NCBI RefSeq assembly: GCF_009914755.1 | Contig: NC_060927.1 | Reading direction: 5' to 3' (one strand) | Length of the DNA stretch: 64,000 bases | DNA from: the human T2T-CHM13v2.0 reference genome, Homo sapiens | Shown: positions 45,011-59,700 of the stretch, in pieces | Position numbering within the stretch: the stretch's first letter is position 1 | Layout: the number at the start of each line of letters is the position of its first letter | Notes under the pieces: model-generated | What the model was told of the DNA's origin: nothing | Database searches by the model: none | The model's input: only the letters and a program-made list of their open reading frames with translations | Program-made: the position numbers and the translations under genes

Positions 45011-45772
45011 TCATCTGTGGTGATTATAGCCCCAGCCAGGACACAGCCCTAACATTAAAGCATACCTGATCTTTCGTTCCCTTGACAGAGCACCCAACCT
45101 AACTCATGCAGTGTCCTTACAGATTTCTTGCTAAGTGAAAATTCATGTAGCATTATAATCCATTAATTTGCTACTGCAGAGCCAGCTCTGACAAGGAGAT
45201 AACTGCTCCAGATGCCAAAGCACTGAAAGATTGTTGTTTGAAAAGTTTATTGGGTAATGAAATAGAAAAGCATCTCAAATGCCAGATGCACAAGGTAATG
45301 TTTTGTCTGATTGTCATTGTTAACTCCCGCTAGGGCTATAGTTGGAATGTTAGTGGGAATGTAGGGCGAATAAACAGGTTAGGGAAGAAACCATGGCTTT
45401 GCCACAGAAACTTGATAGGTTAGGCTAAATTTGAGTCTAAAGATGGGTGTTCTTTCATTGAGGTACAGTTATATTGATTTATAGATTATATATATTGATT
45501 TATATATTGCTTTTTTTTAACCATTAAAGCTTAAGGAAGCAGTTCAATACAGGTCAAAATGTATATAATAGGAATATAAACACAAAAGTACCAGATGGAA
45601 ATATGCATCAAACAACAGACAGCCAATAAAAAGTAATTTGGCTTTTTAAAAAGGGGAAGAAGGGACAGTATGATTATGAGTGTTGAGAGTGGCATAGGCA
45701 ACACGTGTATGGGTGTATATCTATATCTATAATCTATTTTTCTCTCTAGATATATATTGTACATTAGTTAAA

Positions 45773-45970
45773 CAGGGGTGTCCAATCTTTTGGCTTCCCT
45801 GGGCCACATTGGAAGAATAATTGTCTTGGGCCACACATAATATACACTAATGATAGCTGATGAGCTAAAAAAAAAAACGCAAAAAAAAAAAAATAATGTT
45901 TTAAGAAAGTTTATGAATTTGTGTTGGGCGGCATTCGAAGCCATTCGGGGCTGCAGGTGGGACAAGCTTG
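45773..45970 (+). mobile_element. MER30 hAT DNA transposon
   Basis: caggggtgtccaatcttttggcttccctgggccacattggaagaa...ggacaagcttg. Confidence 0.85.
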
Positions 45971-46764
45971 TTTTAAAACTAACAATGATATTCTTTTTAT
46001 GTAAGTATTTTCTAAACTTTCCCTTGGATTTTATGGGCATATTATAAGAACAACTATGTACGAAGTTTACAAAGATCTGATCTGGAAACACAGCACAATT
46101 GTGAGGCAGGCAGGAATGATCTCATTACCCCTACTTTAGAAAGAAGAAAACAGATGCTTGGAGAGCGATTTGTTTAGGGTCATCAAGCTCTGACTTAAGA
46201 TTTTATTCTTCCATATATTTCAGGAATAATGTCCCACTTCTTAACTTTCTCTTTTTCACTTTATTTTCACCTTTTCTTTTAGTTAAAGGCCAAGGAACAG
46301 CCTTTCCCAGGGTGCTGTCACTGACATTTACACCCTTGATTTTAATGTCTTAGGGACTAAATGCTCTTTGGTGAGATGCTATTCAGGTTTTCTTTATTTC
46401 AAAGAAGAGTCATTATTCTTCATCCAGTCATTATTATTGGAGTAGTTCAGTAGAAAAAACACTAGACTGGTAATCAAAAGAGCCGGCTTCTTATTTAGAT
46501 TCCACAACTCCCCAACCCAAGTTCTTGAGCAAGTTATTTCTCTCCTAGTCTCCATGTCTCCATTCATAAAAGGAAGCAGTTAAACAGGATGAGCTCTAAA
46601 TTAAAATTAAAATTAGGGAGAAAAAATTTAAAATATGATGAAAAAATAATTAGCATACCTGATTAAAGCATAATTAGAACATGCAAGGAATAGATAAAAC
46701 CAATGAAACAAACCAAAAACTTAAGAGTAAAAAAGAACTTAAGTATAGATTAAAAACTTATAGA

Positions 46765-47078
<314 letters not shown>

Positions 47079-48406
47079 TTATAGATAAAATGTGAATAAA
47101 AAGAGGAAAAGGGTTAAAAACAGGTAACATACAAAGGTGAGTTGAGAAATTTAAGCATAAAATACTCAAAGAATAAGGAAAGTGAAGTATGAAGAATTCA
47201 AAGTCACAAAGAAGTAGGAATTGACAGCTATCAAATAAGAGAGAAAGGCAAAAGCAAGTGCAAAACAGTAAATAGCTAAGCCAAAAGAAATCAGAAGAAG
47301 ACATGTATAAAAAATAAGTGTTAGTAAATAAGTAGTAATAAATTTTATCTCAACCTAAGACTAAGAGACAATAAAAAGGATGGTAAAAATAAATGTTTGA
47401 AAATCAAAAGGGGGTAAACATGAAAAAAGAAAAACAGTTAAAAGCAATATAAGTAAGCAAAGTATATGAAAATAAGGCAGAAATGATAGCAATAAAATGT
47501 GCCTTTCAGGGAGTTTTTTTTTTTTTTTAAAGATATTTCAAGAAAAAAAGAAGAAAATGATCTGCCTACAAGAGCAAGTAGGTGTCATGTGTCCTTAGCA
47601 GTCTTCTGAGCAGAGGTAACATGTTGCAGTATAGAATCTCTGAGGAAACTCAGGCCTGTGATGGACAGCAGAGCTCCCAGCTGCCAGGAGGGGTGTGCCC
47701 CGCAGGATGAAGCCCATCCAGGAGGTTTAAGTGTAGATGAGGAGCAAAGTCAGTGGGCCAGATGGCCCCAGTGGCTGGTCCAGCAGACTCTAGCCTTTCT
47801 TCTAAAAGCACTACTTGGGACAAACGATGGCCACTAAGATGCCTGTACAACATGAGAAAGAGGTGGTTGTTTGGACACACTTTTGATGTCTATATAGGCT
47901 GGAAAAATGCAGAATTGTTCAGAGCAGAAGGAAAAACTCCAGACGTGTAGTCTTCCTTCAAATTTGTGATTGCGGGTTGTCTAGGACTGTGGGCATCAAA
48001 ATGACATTCCTGCTCACAGCAGGATGGGGATGGTCGAGAAGTTTGCCTTAGTAACAAGCACTCAGGTGATTCGTATGATCAGAAAAGTTTAGGTTAGTAG
48101 GACCACACAATAGCTTCATGCATCAAAGCCGAGGTTCAGTAAGGACATTTGAAGGATTAGTTCTACAGGAAGCAACTAAAAAGATGTCCAGAATTATATG
48201 CACGAAATGATTCACTCACGGGGAAAGAAGTTGGGGAGTGGGGGTGAGGTGGGGAGCTACCATACCAACATATGGTAATTTTGGCCATTCCTAACAAATG
48301 GTGTTACAAACGTTGCCCACCAGAGGTCAGGCCCGGCTGAATCAGGAAAGCCCTGTGGCATATGTCAGGAGGTTGGGCATAGGAGTCAAGAGAGAATGCT
48401 ATACGT

Positions 48407-48776
48407 TGTTCAATTGAGTTTAAGCCTGAGGATACCTCTGTGCTTGAGGCTTTACATGGCAAACTGAAACCTGGTTTTGTACATAGATTGACTGAAGGCC
48501 TATCTTAGGAATATACTCTTGTAACACGTGGCTGAATCTTAGGCAATCACAGCAGTTTAATTTCAACTGATTGGCCACCAGCTGATTCAAGTAAGGAAAA
48601 ACACTTGGTAAGCTGTCACTGTTGTTTTCTGTCCATAATGTCATCTGACCAGTTTGCAGGCCCAGAGTTCTTTGAACCTGTTCTGGTCTTGAGTGAGGGC
48701 TGCCCAATTCTAAAACTGATAATGAAAGCCAATTAAGATCTTTAAACTAAATTTGTTGTAATGTTGTCTTTTGACA
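48407..48776 (+). mobile_element. MER57-like ERV1 solo LTR
   Basis: ttcaagtaagg, ttttctgtccataa, gggctgcccaattc, ending ttgtcttttgaca. Confidence 0.6.
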
Positions 48777-50051
48777 ACATTCATGTAGTCAAATTTCCTG
48801 CTCCACTAGCACTTTCTCTAGCCATATTGAATGATTTCCCATTTCTGTACCCACATGCTCTTCCACTCCTCTGTGCCATTGTTCAAGTCTCTCCCTCAGG
48901 CTGGAAAGCCTCTCTCTTTTTTTTCCTCTCCCAATGTCTTATGAAGGCCATATCCCTTCATTTTTGTCCCATGCAATCCTTGAAATCCTCTATCAAATGA
49001 CTGACTCTGTTCTTTGTCATTATCTCTGTTCATGTCTCCTGCCTTCCTCATGTCCCCTGCAACCTAGGGAGATCGTTTCTCCATCACCTCTTTCTGCCTC
49101 AGCATCCAGTATGAGGCCTGTTATAGAATAGACAGCTGATAGATAAATGGCTACTTTGCTTTCCTTCACGTAGATAGTACATACTGCTTTAGTGGCTCCT
49201 CAGAAGCCAGATTATAGCTGCCTCAAATGTTTTAAAAAATAAGATGGCATATAAACAGGTAAAAAAAAAAAATACGATGATGATATTGAATTCTCTGACA
49301 TCTAAAGGTGATAAGGGCAGCCATATTAAAATGAGCTGAAACAATGACCATTAACATGTTATCCACATTAAAACGTTGCCATAAAACACAACCAAAACAA
49401 AAAGGGGATTCTCAGGGAAAATATTGACAGTTAAAAATTTTCCAAACCATGGTCTAAGACCAGGGATTGGGTGATATATCAAGAGGTCCAACACCCCATC
49501 TGTATACCAGGCATTGTTTGTAGCCTAAATAAATGATTCATATGTATAGTAATTATTTTAAAAATGAATGTGGCTTATAAAATGCAGCTTTATTTAAAAC
49601 TGTTACTAAACTTTTTGTTGCTTTTCTGTTTCTGAGGTAGATAGGAGGTGAACTCATCATACTTTTAAAAATTGGGAATGAATTCTTTTGGCAAATGAGG
49701 TGACTAGGATGCAGTTAGCTTATGACTTCTGAGTTTCGCTGTGTCGTCTGTTTCACAGCATATCCACTGTGATGGCACTAAAGCCTATAGAGCTTTCTTA
49801 AATTCCACTTACTTGATGAAGCCAGCAAAATAAATATAAATCATGGACATTAGGCAGGGTGTCTGCTTTGTTTCCAGTGCTGGGTGATGCTCTTGGGTTT
49901 TTTCCTATCAATTTTTGAGATGGGCAGTATATTTCTATACTGAAATAAGGTCTGGACTTTTGTAAAAGTTCTCTACAGCAGTTGTTACCATATATTTTTA
50001 GATGTTACTAGCTAGGAAAAATTTCAACAAGAAAACTGAAGTCTCCACCAC

Positions 50052-52275
50052 TGATATGGTTTGGCTGTGTCCCCACCCAAGTCTCATCTTGAATTCCCAT
50101 GTGTTGTGGGAGGGACCTGATGGGAGGTGATTGAATCATGGGGACAGGTCTTTTTTGTACTGTTCTTTTGATAGTGAATAAGTCTCACAAAATCTGATGG
50201 TTTTAAAATGGGAGTTTCCCTGCACAAGCTCTCTTCTCTTGTCTGCTGCCACGTGAGATGTGCCTTTTGCCTTCTGCTATGATTGTGAGGCCTCCCTAGC
50301 CATCTGGAACTGTAAGTCCAATAAACTTCTTTCTTTTGTAAATTGCCCAGTCTTGTGTATGTCTTTATCAGCAGCGTAAAAATGGACTAATAGAATAAAT
50401 TGGTACCAGTAGAGTGGGGTACTGCTGAAAAGATACCCCAAAATGTGGAAGTGAGTTTGGAATTGGGTAACAGGCAGAGGTTGGCACAGTTTGGAGGGGC
50501 TCAGAAGACAGGAACATGTGGGAAAGTTTGGAACTTCCTAGATACTTGTTGAATGGCTTTGACCAAAATGCTGATAATGATATGGACAATGAAATCCAGG
50601 CTGAGGTGGTCTCAGATGGAGATGAGGAACTTGTTGGGAACTGGAACAAAGGTGACTTGTTGTTTTAGCAAAGAGACTGGCAGCATTTTGCCCCTGTCCT
50701 AGAGATTTGTGGAACTTTGAATTTGACTGAGATGATTTAGGGTATTTGGCTAAGCAGCAAAGCATTCAAGAGATGACATGGGTGCTGTTAAAGGCATTGA
50801 GTTTTAAAAGGAAACAGAGCATAGATGTTCAGAAAATTTGCAGCCTGACAATGCAATAGAAAAGAAAATCCCATTTTCTGAGGAGAAATTCAAGCCCGCT
50901 GCAGAAATTTGCCTAAGTAATGAGAAGCCAAATGTCAATCCCCAAGACAATGGGGAAAATGTCTCCAGGGCATGTCAGAGACCTTTGGGGCAGCCCTTCT
51001 TATCACAGGCCCAGAGATTTAGGAGGAAAATATAGTTTTGTGGGCCAGGCCAAGGGTCCCTCTGCTGTGTGCAGTCTAGGGACTTGGTGCCCTTCGTCTT
51101 GTGACTAAAAGAGGCCAAAGTACAGCTTGGGCTGTTACTTCAGAGGTTGGAAGCCCCAAGCCTTGGCAGCTTCCATGTGGTGTTGAGCCTGTGGGCACAC
51201 AGAAGTCAACAGTTGAGGTTTGAAATCCACCTAGATTTCAGAGGATATAAGGAAACACCTGGATGCCCAGGCAGAAGTTTGCTGCAGGGGTGCGGCTGTC
51301 ATGGAGAACCTCTGCTAGGGCAGCGTGGGAGGGAAATGTGGGGTCAGAGCCCCCACAGAGTCCTTACTGGGGCACCACCTAGTGGAGCTGTGAGAAGAGG
51401 GCCACCATCCTCCAGACCCCAGAATGGTAGATCAACCAATAGATTGCACTGTGCGCCTGGAAAAGCCACAGACACTCAATGCCAGCCCATGAAAGCAGCT
51501 GGGAGGGAGGCTGGACCCTGCACAACTACAGGAGTGGAGCTGCCTAAGATCATGGGAACCCACCTCTTGCATCAGCATGACCTGGTTGTGAGACATGGAG
51601 TCAAATGACATCATTTTGGAGCTTTAAGATTTGACTGCCCTGCTGGGTTTTGGACTTGCATGGGACCTGTAGCCCCTTTGTTTTGGTCAATTTCTCCCAT
51701 TTGGAATGACTGTATTTACCCAATGCCTGTACCCCCATTGCATCTAGGAAGTAACTAACTTGCTTTTGATTTTACAGGCTCATAGGTGGAAGGGACTTGC
51801 CTTGTTTCACATGAGACTTTGGACTGTGGACTTTTGAGTTAATGCTGACTTAAGACTTTGGGGAACTGTTGGGAAGGCATGATTTGTTTTGAAATGTGAG
51901 GACATGAGATTTGGGAAGGGCCTGGTGCAGAATGATATGGTTTGGCTGTGTCCCCACCCAGATTTCATCTTGAATTCCTATGTGTCCTGGAAGGGACCTG
52001 GTGGGAAGGGAATGAATCGTGAGGGCAGGTCTTTCCTGTGCTGTTCTCGTGATAGTAAGTCTCTCAAAATCTGATGCTTTTAAAAATGGGAGTTTCCCTG
52101 CACAAGCTCTCTTCTCTTGTCTGTTGCCATGTGAGACGTGCCTTTCACCTTGCACCATGATTGTGAGGCCTCCCCAGCCACGTGGAACTGTAAGTCCAAT
52201 AAACCTCTTTCTTTTGTAAATTGTCCGGTCTCGGGTATGTCTTTATCAGTAGTAATGAAATGGACTAATAATACA
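50052..52275 (+). mobile_element. Two-LTR THE1 (MaLR) element: 5'LTR 50052-50394, internal region, 3'LTR 51933-52275
   Basis: Both LTRs begin tgatatggtttggctgtgtccccaccca and end ggactaata(g/c)a; internal region starts aattggtaccagtagagtgggg; flanks accac/cccac. Confidence 0.93.
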
Positions 52276-54775
52276 CCCACTCAACCCCAAATCTTGTGAA
52301 GAACAACAAAACTGTCAACTTTTAATTTTGCCAAACTAGAGCATTTAATAAAATAGCCATTTATTATCAGCATCAGCTCTCAAATACATTGTAACACTAA
52401 AATGAGGGCACACCATCTCCAAATAAGACGATCTTTAAATGAGCTTTTATACAAAACTCACTATGCTGTCCTTTTTGGTCATTTTTCCTTGGACTAATGA
52501 TAACTTTGGCCTGAGCTGGCTAGGCTTCCAATTATGAATGTGGCTATTCTAGTGAGAAGGAATGAGATGGGGGAAGAGTATCAAGTTGACCTGAAGGCTA
52601 TGCTGTTTCTTTCTGCTCCAGTGATGCCTTCTAGCTCTAAATCCTTCAATTTTTCAACTGCCATCTCTCTTATTAAATGGGTTTAATAATAAAAGATAAC
52701 CTGAGATCCATGGAGCACTGGGTACAGTGCTGAAAATGTTCATCAGACCGTGATGCTGCTGATCCCTGCCCTCATGACTATGGGTAAATTAACATTGAAC
52801 TTTGGACATGAAGATGACTAATTTTTGGAGGGAGATAACCCTATATCAAATTGTTATTGTCATAGAACATGGATTTAGTTGCTTATGAAAATATAAAAAC
52901 ATGTATTTAAGCTGTTGAGTTACAATTTTAAAGAAAACCAACACCCTAAAATATTTTTTTTCACATATAGAGAACTCACTTTGAAAATGTTTTTGTATCT
53001 TAACTGGAGTTTGTGATAATCTAGATTGTTCACAATGACTGTGACACCTTGTCCCATTTCTTAGCATCTTTTTCATATTTTCCATCTATCCCTGAAACTA
53101 ATGTCCTGCATTTTTCAACAGGACCTCAGGAATCTGTAACTAAGCACCATGGAACTCCAAAATGCTTTTGGTCCTGGAAAGGTGAAGACCTTGATCCTAG
53201 CTATTTAGCATGAATTACACACTATCCTTAATCTCAACAGATTTGTGAAAAGACACAAAAAGTAATGAGGACCAAAAAAAAAATTCTTTCACTGTTATAT
53301 TGCTTCATATGACATCATTTTGTTATCTTCCTTCTTTATTTTTTAAAAAGATTTATTAAGTGAGCAGGAAAATACATGATTGAACAAATGGAAACTACAG
53401 GGTGTGCCCTTTACAAGACTGAGTGAAACAACAGATTAATCAGAAGGCATGTGTCAATTTTCTACAATGAAACTTCATGCAACATTCAGTGGAGCTGAAT
53501 ATATACAGATGTTAGAGGCTTCCCAGGGAGGCAGAATTGTTGTCCTTGGAAGATTGTTAAGACCCAAATGTCATTAGGCTGTCTTCAAGCTGCATTTGGC
53601 AGGAGGATACTTTCACTGTTGTTTATTTCTTGTTTCAGAAAAAAAAAATTGTTTTTTTAAACATTTAGACCAGAAAACAAAATTCAGAATCCCCACCCAC
53701 ATCCAATAACTGCATTTATTGCAATGCCAATAGCTTAAAATGGATCATTATCTGTAAAAATGTAAGAGTTTTGAAATACTGCTTTTCTCATGGTTCTATA
53801 TGACAGCCCTTCTTACGTTCCTGCAACTTGGCCTGTTAGGATGATTCATGGAGCAAGAAAGTATAGCCAGGGTCATAGCCCGGTGTCTTCCATCCACAAT
53901 AGCCTTCCAGGAAAGAAAATCTGTAGGGTTTTCTATTTTCTATATGACATAAAACCTATGCTTTTATGATATAAACTTTGGAGACAGTGTTTTTTTTTTT
54001 TTGAAACTGAAATTAATCATATAGTTTTTTACCCTTTAAAAAATTCCAAAGCTCTGTTATTATTTTCATTCATTCTTTCATCCAACAGATATTTACTGAG
54101 TGACTAATATTTGCCAAGCATTCTTCAAAGCACTGGAGACGGACCAGTAAGCAAAGTATATGGTGATAAGTACTGTGAAAGGCAATGAAGCAGAAAATGA
54201 GTGGGGGGATGAGAAGTTATTTGACACAGGTCTCTGACAGTACAGGAATATTTGTACAGAGACCTGAAGGGAGGGAGTCAGCTATGTAGGCATATGGGGG
54301 AAGTTTTGAGACTGAGAGACAGCAAGGACAAAGACTCTGAGACAGAACATGCTTTGAGGGTGTTCTGGGTGAAGGAAGGAGGCCAGTGTGACTTTAGCAA
54401 AGTGACAAAAGAAATAGATGAGGTCAGAGAAGTGGCAGTGGCGGCTGAGGTGGGGCCAAAAGTAGGACAGATTATCACAATGCCCTTCTAGGCCACTGTA
54501 AGGATGTTGACATTCCAGGTGAGATGGGAAGGCATTGAGGGACTAGCAGAAAAGTAGCATAACCTGGAATATGTTTTAACACCATCATATCAGGCAAGAA
54601 GTGGCTTGGACCCAGAGTGGATTGTGGATATATTCTGAAACTAGGGAAAACAGGATTAAAAAAGAAATGGATTCGATGTGGTATGTGAAAGTGAAAAATA
54701 AAGGATAACGAGATTTTCTGGTGTGAAGGAATAGAGCTGCCATTTACTGGCACAGGGAGGATTGCAATGGGAGTT

Positions 54776-55251
54776 CAGTAGTACCCCCTTATCTGAGGGG
54801 GAGTTTGAAGACCCACTGTGGATGCCAGAAACTGTGGATAATACTGAACCCTATACATACTATTTTTTTTCCTATCTATACATACTTCTGATAAAGTTTA
54901 ATGTATAAATTAGGCACAGTACTCTTGCACTTTGGGGCCATTAAGTAAAATAAGGGTTACTTGAACACACGCACTGTGATACCATGACAGTCTATCTGAT
55001 AACCAAGATGGCTACAAAGTGACTAAGGGGAAGGTGATGTTTACAGCATCGATACGCTGGACAAAGGGATGATTCATGTCCTGAGTGGGGTGTAGCAGGA
55101 TGGAGCAAGACTGCATTACACTATTCATAACGGTGCACAATTTAAAACTTAGGAATTATTTCTGGAATTTTCAATTTAATATTTTTAGACTGCAGATAAT
55201 CGCAGGTAACTAAAACCAAGGAAAATGAAACCATGAATAAGAGGAATACTG
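54776..55251. mobile_element. MER44-like (Tigger) DNA transposon
   Basis: Terminal inverted repeats cagtagtacccccttatc / gaataagaggaatactg. Confidence 0.8.
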
Positions 55252-55812
55252 TGTATTGATTGGTGAACATGTCAAGTTTGAGATGCCAATGACACATCCA
55301 AATGAAGGTGCTTCATAGGAAATTAGTTAAATTGTATGCCAGTTTTATTTGGCATTCAGGGAAGAGGTTGGGTCTGGAGATTAAAATGTGGGTGTTGTAA
55401 GTGTATAGTTTTTAAAGCCCCAGGACTGGGAGAGATCACTTAGAGGGGGATGCCTAGGACTGGGGCACTCCAAGAAGTCAGCCAAGGAGATTGAGAAGCA
55501 GTGGCCAGGAAGGTGAGAGAACATGAGAAAGATGCCCCAGAACTGAGAAAGCATTTCAAGAAGGAAGTAATTATTAACTATGTCAAAGACTGCAGATAAC
55601 TCAAGCAGCATGAAGCCAGAGACCTAACCATTGCATTTGAAAGCATGGAGGTCGCTGGTGTCCTTAGCAAGAGCTGCTGTGGTAGAGATGAAAGCCTGAT
55701 TTGAGTTGGTTCAAAAGACCAAGGGAGGAGAGAAATTTAGGACAGTAAGTATACACAGTTCCCCCTAGAGAGTTTTTCTGTGAAGAGAAACAGATAAATA
55801 AGATGGTAGTTA

Positions 55813-56203
55813 CGTTACCGAAACACTAGGTTTGGTCTAGGTCCTGCTGCTTGCCACACAGAAAGCCAATCACTGAGATGACAAGTATTGCCAAGAAAGT
55901 AGGCTTTGGTTTGGTCGGGTGCTGCGGCCAAGGAGATGGGAGCTTAGTCTCAAATCCATCTCCCTGACTGACCAAAACTAGGCATTTATATAGCAGGGAA
56001 GAAATGTAACAATGTGTAAGAAAACAGGAACTAAGGAGGGGCAAGAAGGCATCTGGTGCTATGATCTGTTGAGTTCCAGTTCTTTGATACTTTTTTGAGA
56101 GGCCTGAAGGAAAACAAATACAAGTTTCAAGCTTTAACAGCAAAAGGGTCAGTTTCTATGTTTATCCAAAAACAACTGTCTATGGGACTATTGGGCCGTT
56201 TCA
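55813..56203 (-). mobile_element. LOR1-like ERV1 solo LTR
   Basis: gttaccgaaacac...ggtctaggtcctgctgc...tctcaaatccatctccctgac...tttca; gtta duplicated at the flanks. Confidence 0.7.
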
Positions 56204-56719
56204 GTTAGACAGGGTAATGGGGCCAAGGAGGGTGTTGAAGACCGGAGATACTGCAGCATACAGAACACAGCGAGATACACTGCAGAATACAATTAAACTC
56301 AAAATACAGTGAAATAGAATAGGGGATGCAGAAGAGAGGATTCGGTTTCTGGGGCAATGATCTTTATTTGGTGAGGTTGAATGGGATTTACCTAGAGCAA
56401 ATAAGAATTGTCTGCTATCACTTAAGGAGCTGATGTAGTAATTAGCAATGATAAGTTTCACTGGTCAAGATCAGGGAACCAAGAAGCCAGGGTATTTGTA
56501 GGACTGTCTTAAGTGGATATTGAAATAATCAAGAATGATGACAGGGTGGTGGTAAAGAGAGCAACAGTGAGCCAAAACCTAAAATTCTTGAGCAATGAGA
56601 AGGAGTAAAAGAGGGTAATGTAGGGACTTGGGAGGCTGATGTCAACAGCTTCAAAACAATGAGTGTTCAGGAGGAGGAAAGGAGAATAGTTTGGAAGTGG
56701 CAATGAGGAACAAGGAGGC

Positions 56720-59700
56720 ATCCTACGATTAATGTTTTATTATTCATATTTTGACAAAGATAGCATATTATATTCCAGGACATGGTAGTTACCATGTGGG
56801 GAAACCTATCAAAGCATTTTTAATGACTGCTTAGAATAACTGTAGAAAGTACTTTCTCAATGATTTTTGTATGCAAGAAAAAAAATACCTGAAAGTAACC
56901 AAAAGTTTCAGACTGGAAAATATGCCAGGAAGATTTTCTTCTCTCATTCTCAGGTGAGGTTATAATCCAGTTTTAGCAAATGTTTGACAATTTAAAATAC
57001 TTTTGAAAACTGGAGATTTAAAAAATGTAAACAATTGTAGGCACAGCAAAATCGTAGTTTTCCCTTCTGATATTATACATTTGGCATCTCTCTACAGTTA
57101 TATTAACATAAATAAGGCAGCTAAAACGTTCAAAAATAGTTTTACAACATTCAATTTTAAAATTTCATTCAAGCTGTAATCTTTTGTTTCCTGCTGCCAC
57201 CTAACATTTGAAGTTTTGATTCAGGGTAATGTCCAAGGTTTCTTAAACATACCATAATAAGTATTACTATTCCTTAACATTTATCCCAGGGGAAGAGATA
57301 AGGGAAAGGGGTAGCTGGGCATGATATTTACAGTGTACAAATAATGATCCATTGCCAGAAATGAAAACTCACCTTTCCACCAGCATTTGCTCAGCCTCAA
57401 TAGTGCAATGCAACTTGGTGCTGATAAAAATAAACCATTAAAACCAAACCCTATCATGCAAGGAGTGAGTTTGAAGATATGTACACAAACTCAAAAATCT
57501 GTAAACTTTAGGACATTTTTATTTTTAACTGTATTTTCTACTTTTCATCCAAACATTTGTCATCATGGACTCAGAAGAATCCAAGATTTTGATCTAGATT
57601 TAAAATAACTCAAACATTACCCAGGGATTTTTGTTTAAAAATGCTTTTATGGGGATTTTTATTTTGGTATATTCTGGCACTTCCTGGAATGGCAGGTCTA
57701 GAAGAATAAAGTCCAAAGCACAGGGTTATGATCTCACACTGTTTAATGCTAAGCAAACTGTTGAATATTCTAGTTATCAATGGAAGAATTCCCAGAATAA
57801 TGGTGTAGAAATAAAAACAACCTAGAAAATGTTTGGTAGGAATATACAAATTGTCAGTTTTGAACTTGCAAATTCTCAAGAGGTTTTCTTCTTTGCTGGG
57901 ACTCCTGAAAAGTGATCAATTTTACACCCAATTTATTTAAGATCCATGAAAGGACAGCTTACTTTAGGGTTCCTGATATATAGTGACCAAGGAGATATAG
58001 TGGCATTTATGAGAAATATTAGCAGGTAAATTAAATCAAATTTAGACTTTTGGATTTTAGATTTATGTTACAACTATGTAGTCTCAGGGGAGGTCAGTTT
58101 TTGGTTGGTTGGTTATGTTTTGCTTGATTTGGTTAGATTTAAATTTTGAAGAATGAACTAAAAGGTAACTAACAAGTTAGAGACTGTTGAAATGATCAGA
58201 ACATGGTACCAGTGGTGATTCTGGAATATAAAGAGCATAGTAGCATCATTCAGAATTGTTATCAGCATGCTGTGGATTTTCTCATGTTTTCCTGCAGTAG
58301 GTTAAAATTAAAAGTTTTATCAATAACTATTTTTTTTCTTAAAAATAATGTAGCACATCTTACATCTTAAAGCAATCAGCACAAATGCAAGTGATGCCTG
58401 TTCAAGCAGACTTTCAAAGACAGCACACACTGTTAACACAAAGAGCTCTTCCACGTTTCAAGAATACAGTGACGGGAACTGGTACACATAGTAGTAGGGA
58501 AAGCATTTTTTTAAAAGCTTCGTGGAATGTGAGACTTTAGCCCCTTCCTTTCCTGGCAGTGGATAAAACCAAAATGGTTCTGGCTGGAATTTCACATCTT
58601 TCTAATAATCTACTGGACAGGAGGGACCAGAGACACCAATTACCAATGAGTCACAAGAACAGACAAAAATTGTTAGTAGGTTTTGACAACCAGGAACTAA
58701 GGTGTTTTTAAAAAACATGTACTTGATGCAAAGTATATTAGGAGTGCACCCTAGAAAACAATGTCAAAGTGTTAGAAAAATGGAGCCCCTGTCCAGGTGA
58801 CCTTGTGAGATTTCACCCATAACTTAATATACCCTGTTTAATAAAAATAATAGTTCTAGGTCTTCTTGAAGGATTGTTTAGAAGTCTCCAAGAAAAATAA
58901 TGAGATCTATCTAAAATAGAGCTGTTCAATTTTATGTGGAACTTAGTGAAGGCTGTCTTCATTTGCATTGTGTGTTATGACAGTGGTCTGGCTGGAACTG
59001 GCAGGGGGAAGAGCCTCATTATTTGAAGGAACTTCACTGGTCATCCATTCCTACCACCACTGGATGCAGGAATCCATGCTACAGTATCTTTGACTGGCAC
59101 CCAGGAATGATGGTCACCTGCCAGACCCCAGACCCAGACTATGGTGTGGGCAGGCTCAGTAGATTTTACTGGATGATTATTAATTTAGAGCAGTAAGAAC
59201 TGGCAGATCTAGTGAAACTTACTCTGAGGGGAGGGCTCAGTTTCTCCAGTTTCTCTTTGTAGGAAAATAAAAATAAAATGAGCCAATTTCTAGAGACAAA
59301 ATCACCTATAAAAAGATCAGAACTGAAGATTTTTTTTGTTGAGATGCTATAAAAATGGATGAAAAGCAACCGTTCCTCCCCTACCCCCAAAAAGAATTAA
59401 GGCAATTCAGAAAGTTTGGATGAGCCACAAGGACACCATTCTGACGTATTCTGCATGTTCTAGGCCTCCTTATGTCAGGGCTGGGGTCTGTCTTGCTGGA
59501 GGAAAATTTATTTTTGAAGATAAAAGCTTCAGTGAATTCTTTAAATATCTGTCTTTTAAAGAGCACAGATTTCTGGGGGGCCCATTTAAATTTGGATTTG
59601 CCTTGTACTCAGTGTAAAATATTAGTACAAAAATATAAAAGGCATGGCTTGATGTTTAACGTGTGTTTTATTGTTGTTGGCACCAGAAAAGCTCATGTTC

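Larger units (their letters stand above)
54060..56720 (-). mobile_element. Long L2 remnant hosting nested MER44 and LOR1 insertions
   Basis: cattcattctttcatccaacagatatttactgagtg (L2 3' end); purine-rich L2 body resumes after each insertion. Confidence 0.7.

Noticed and set aside
51147-51608. Longest ORF in the window (153 aa)
   Set aside because: Lies in the THE1 internal region, a decayed MaLR ORF with no evidence of domestication.
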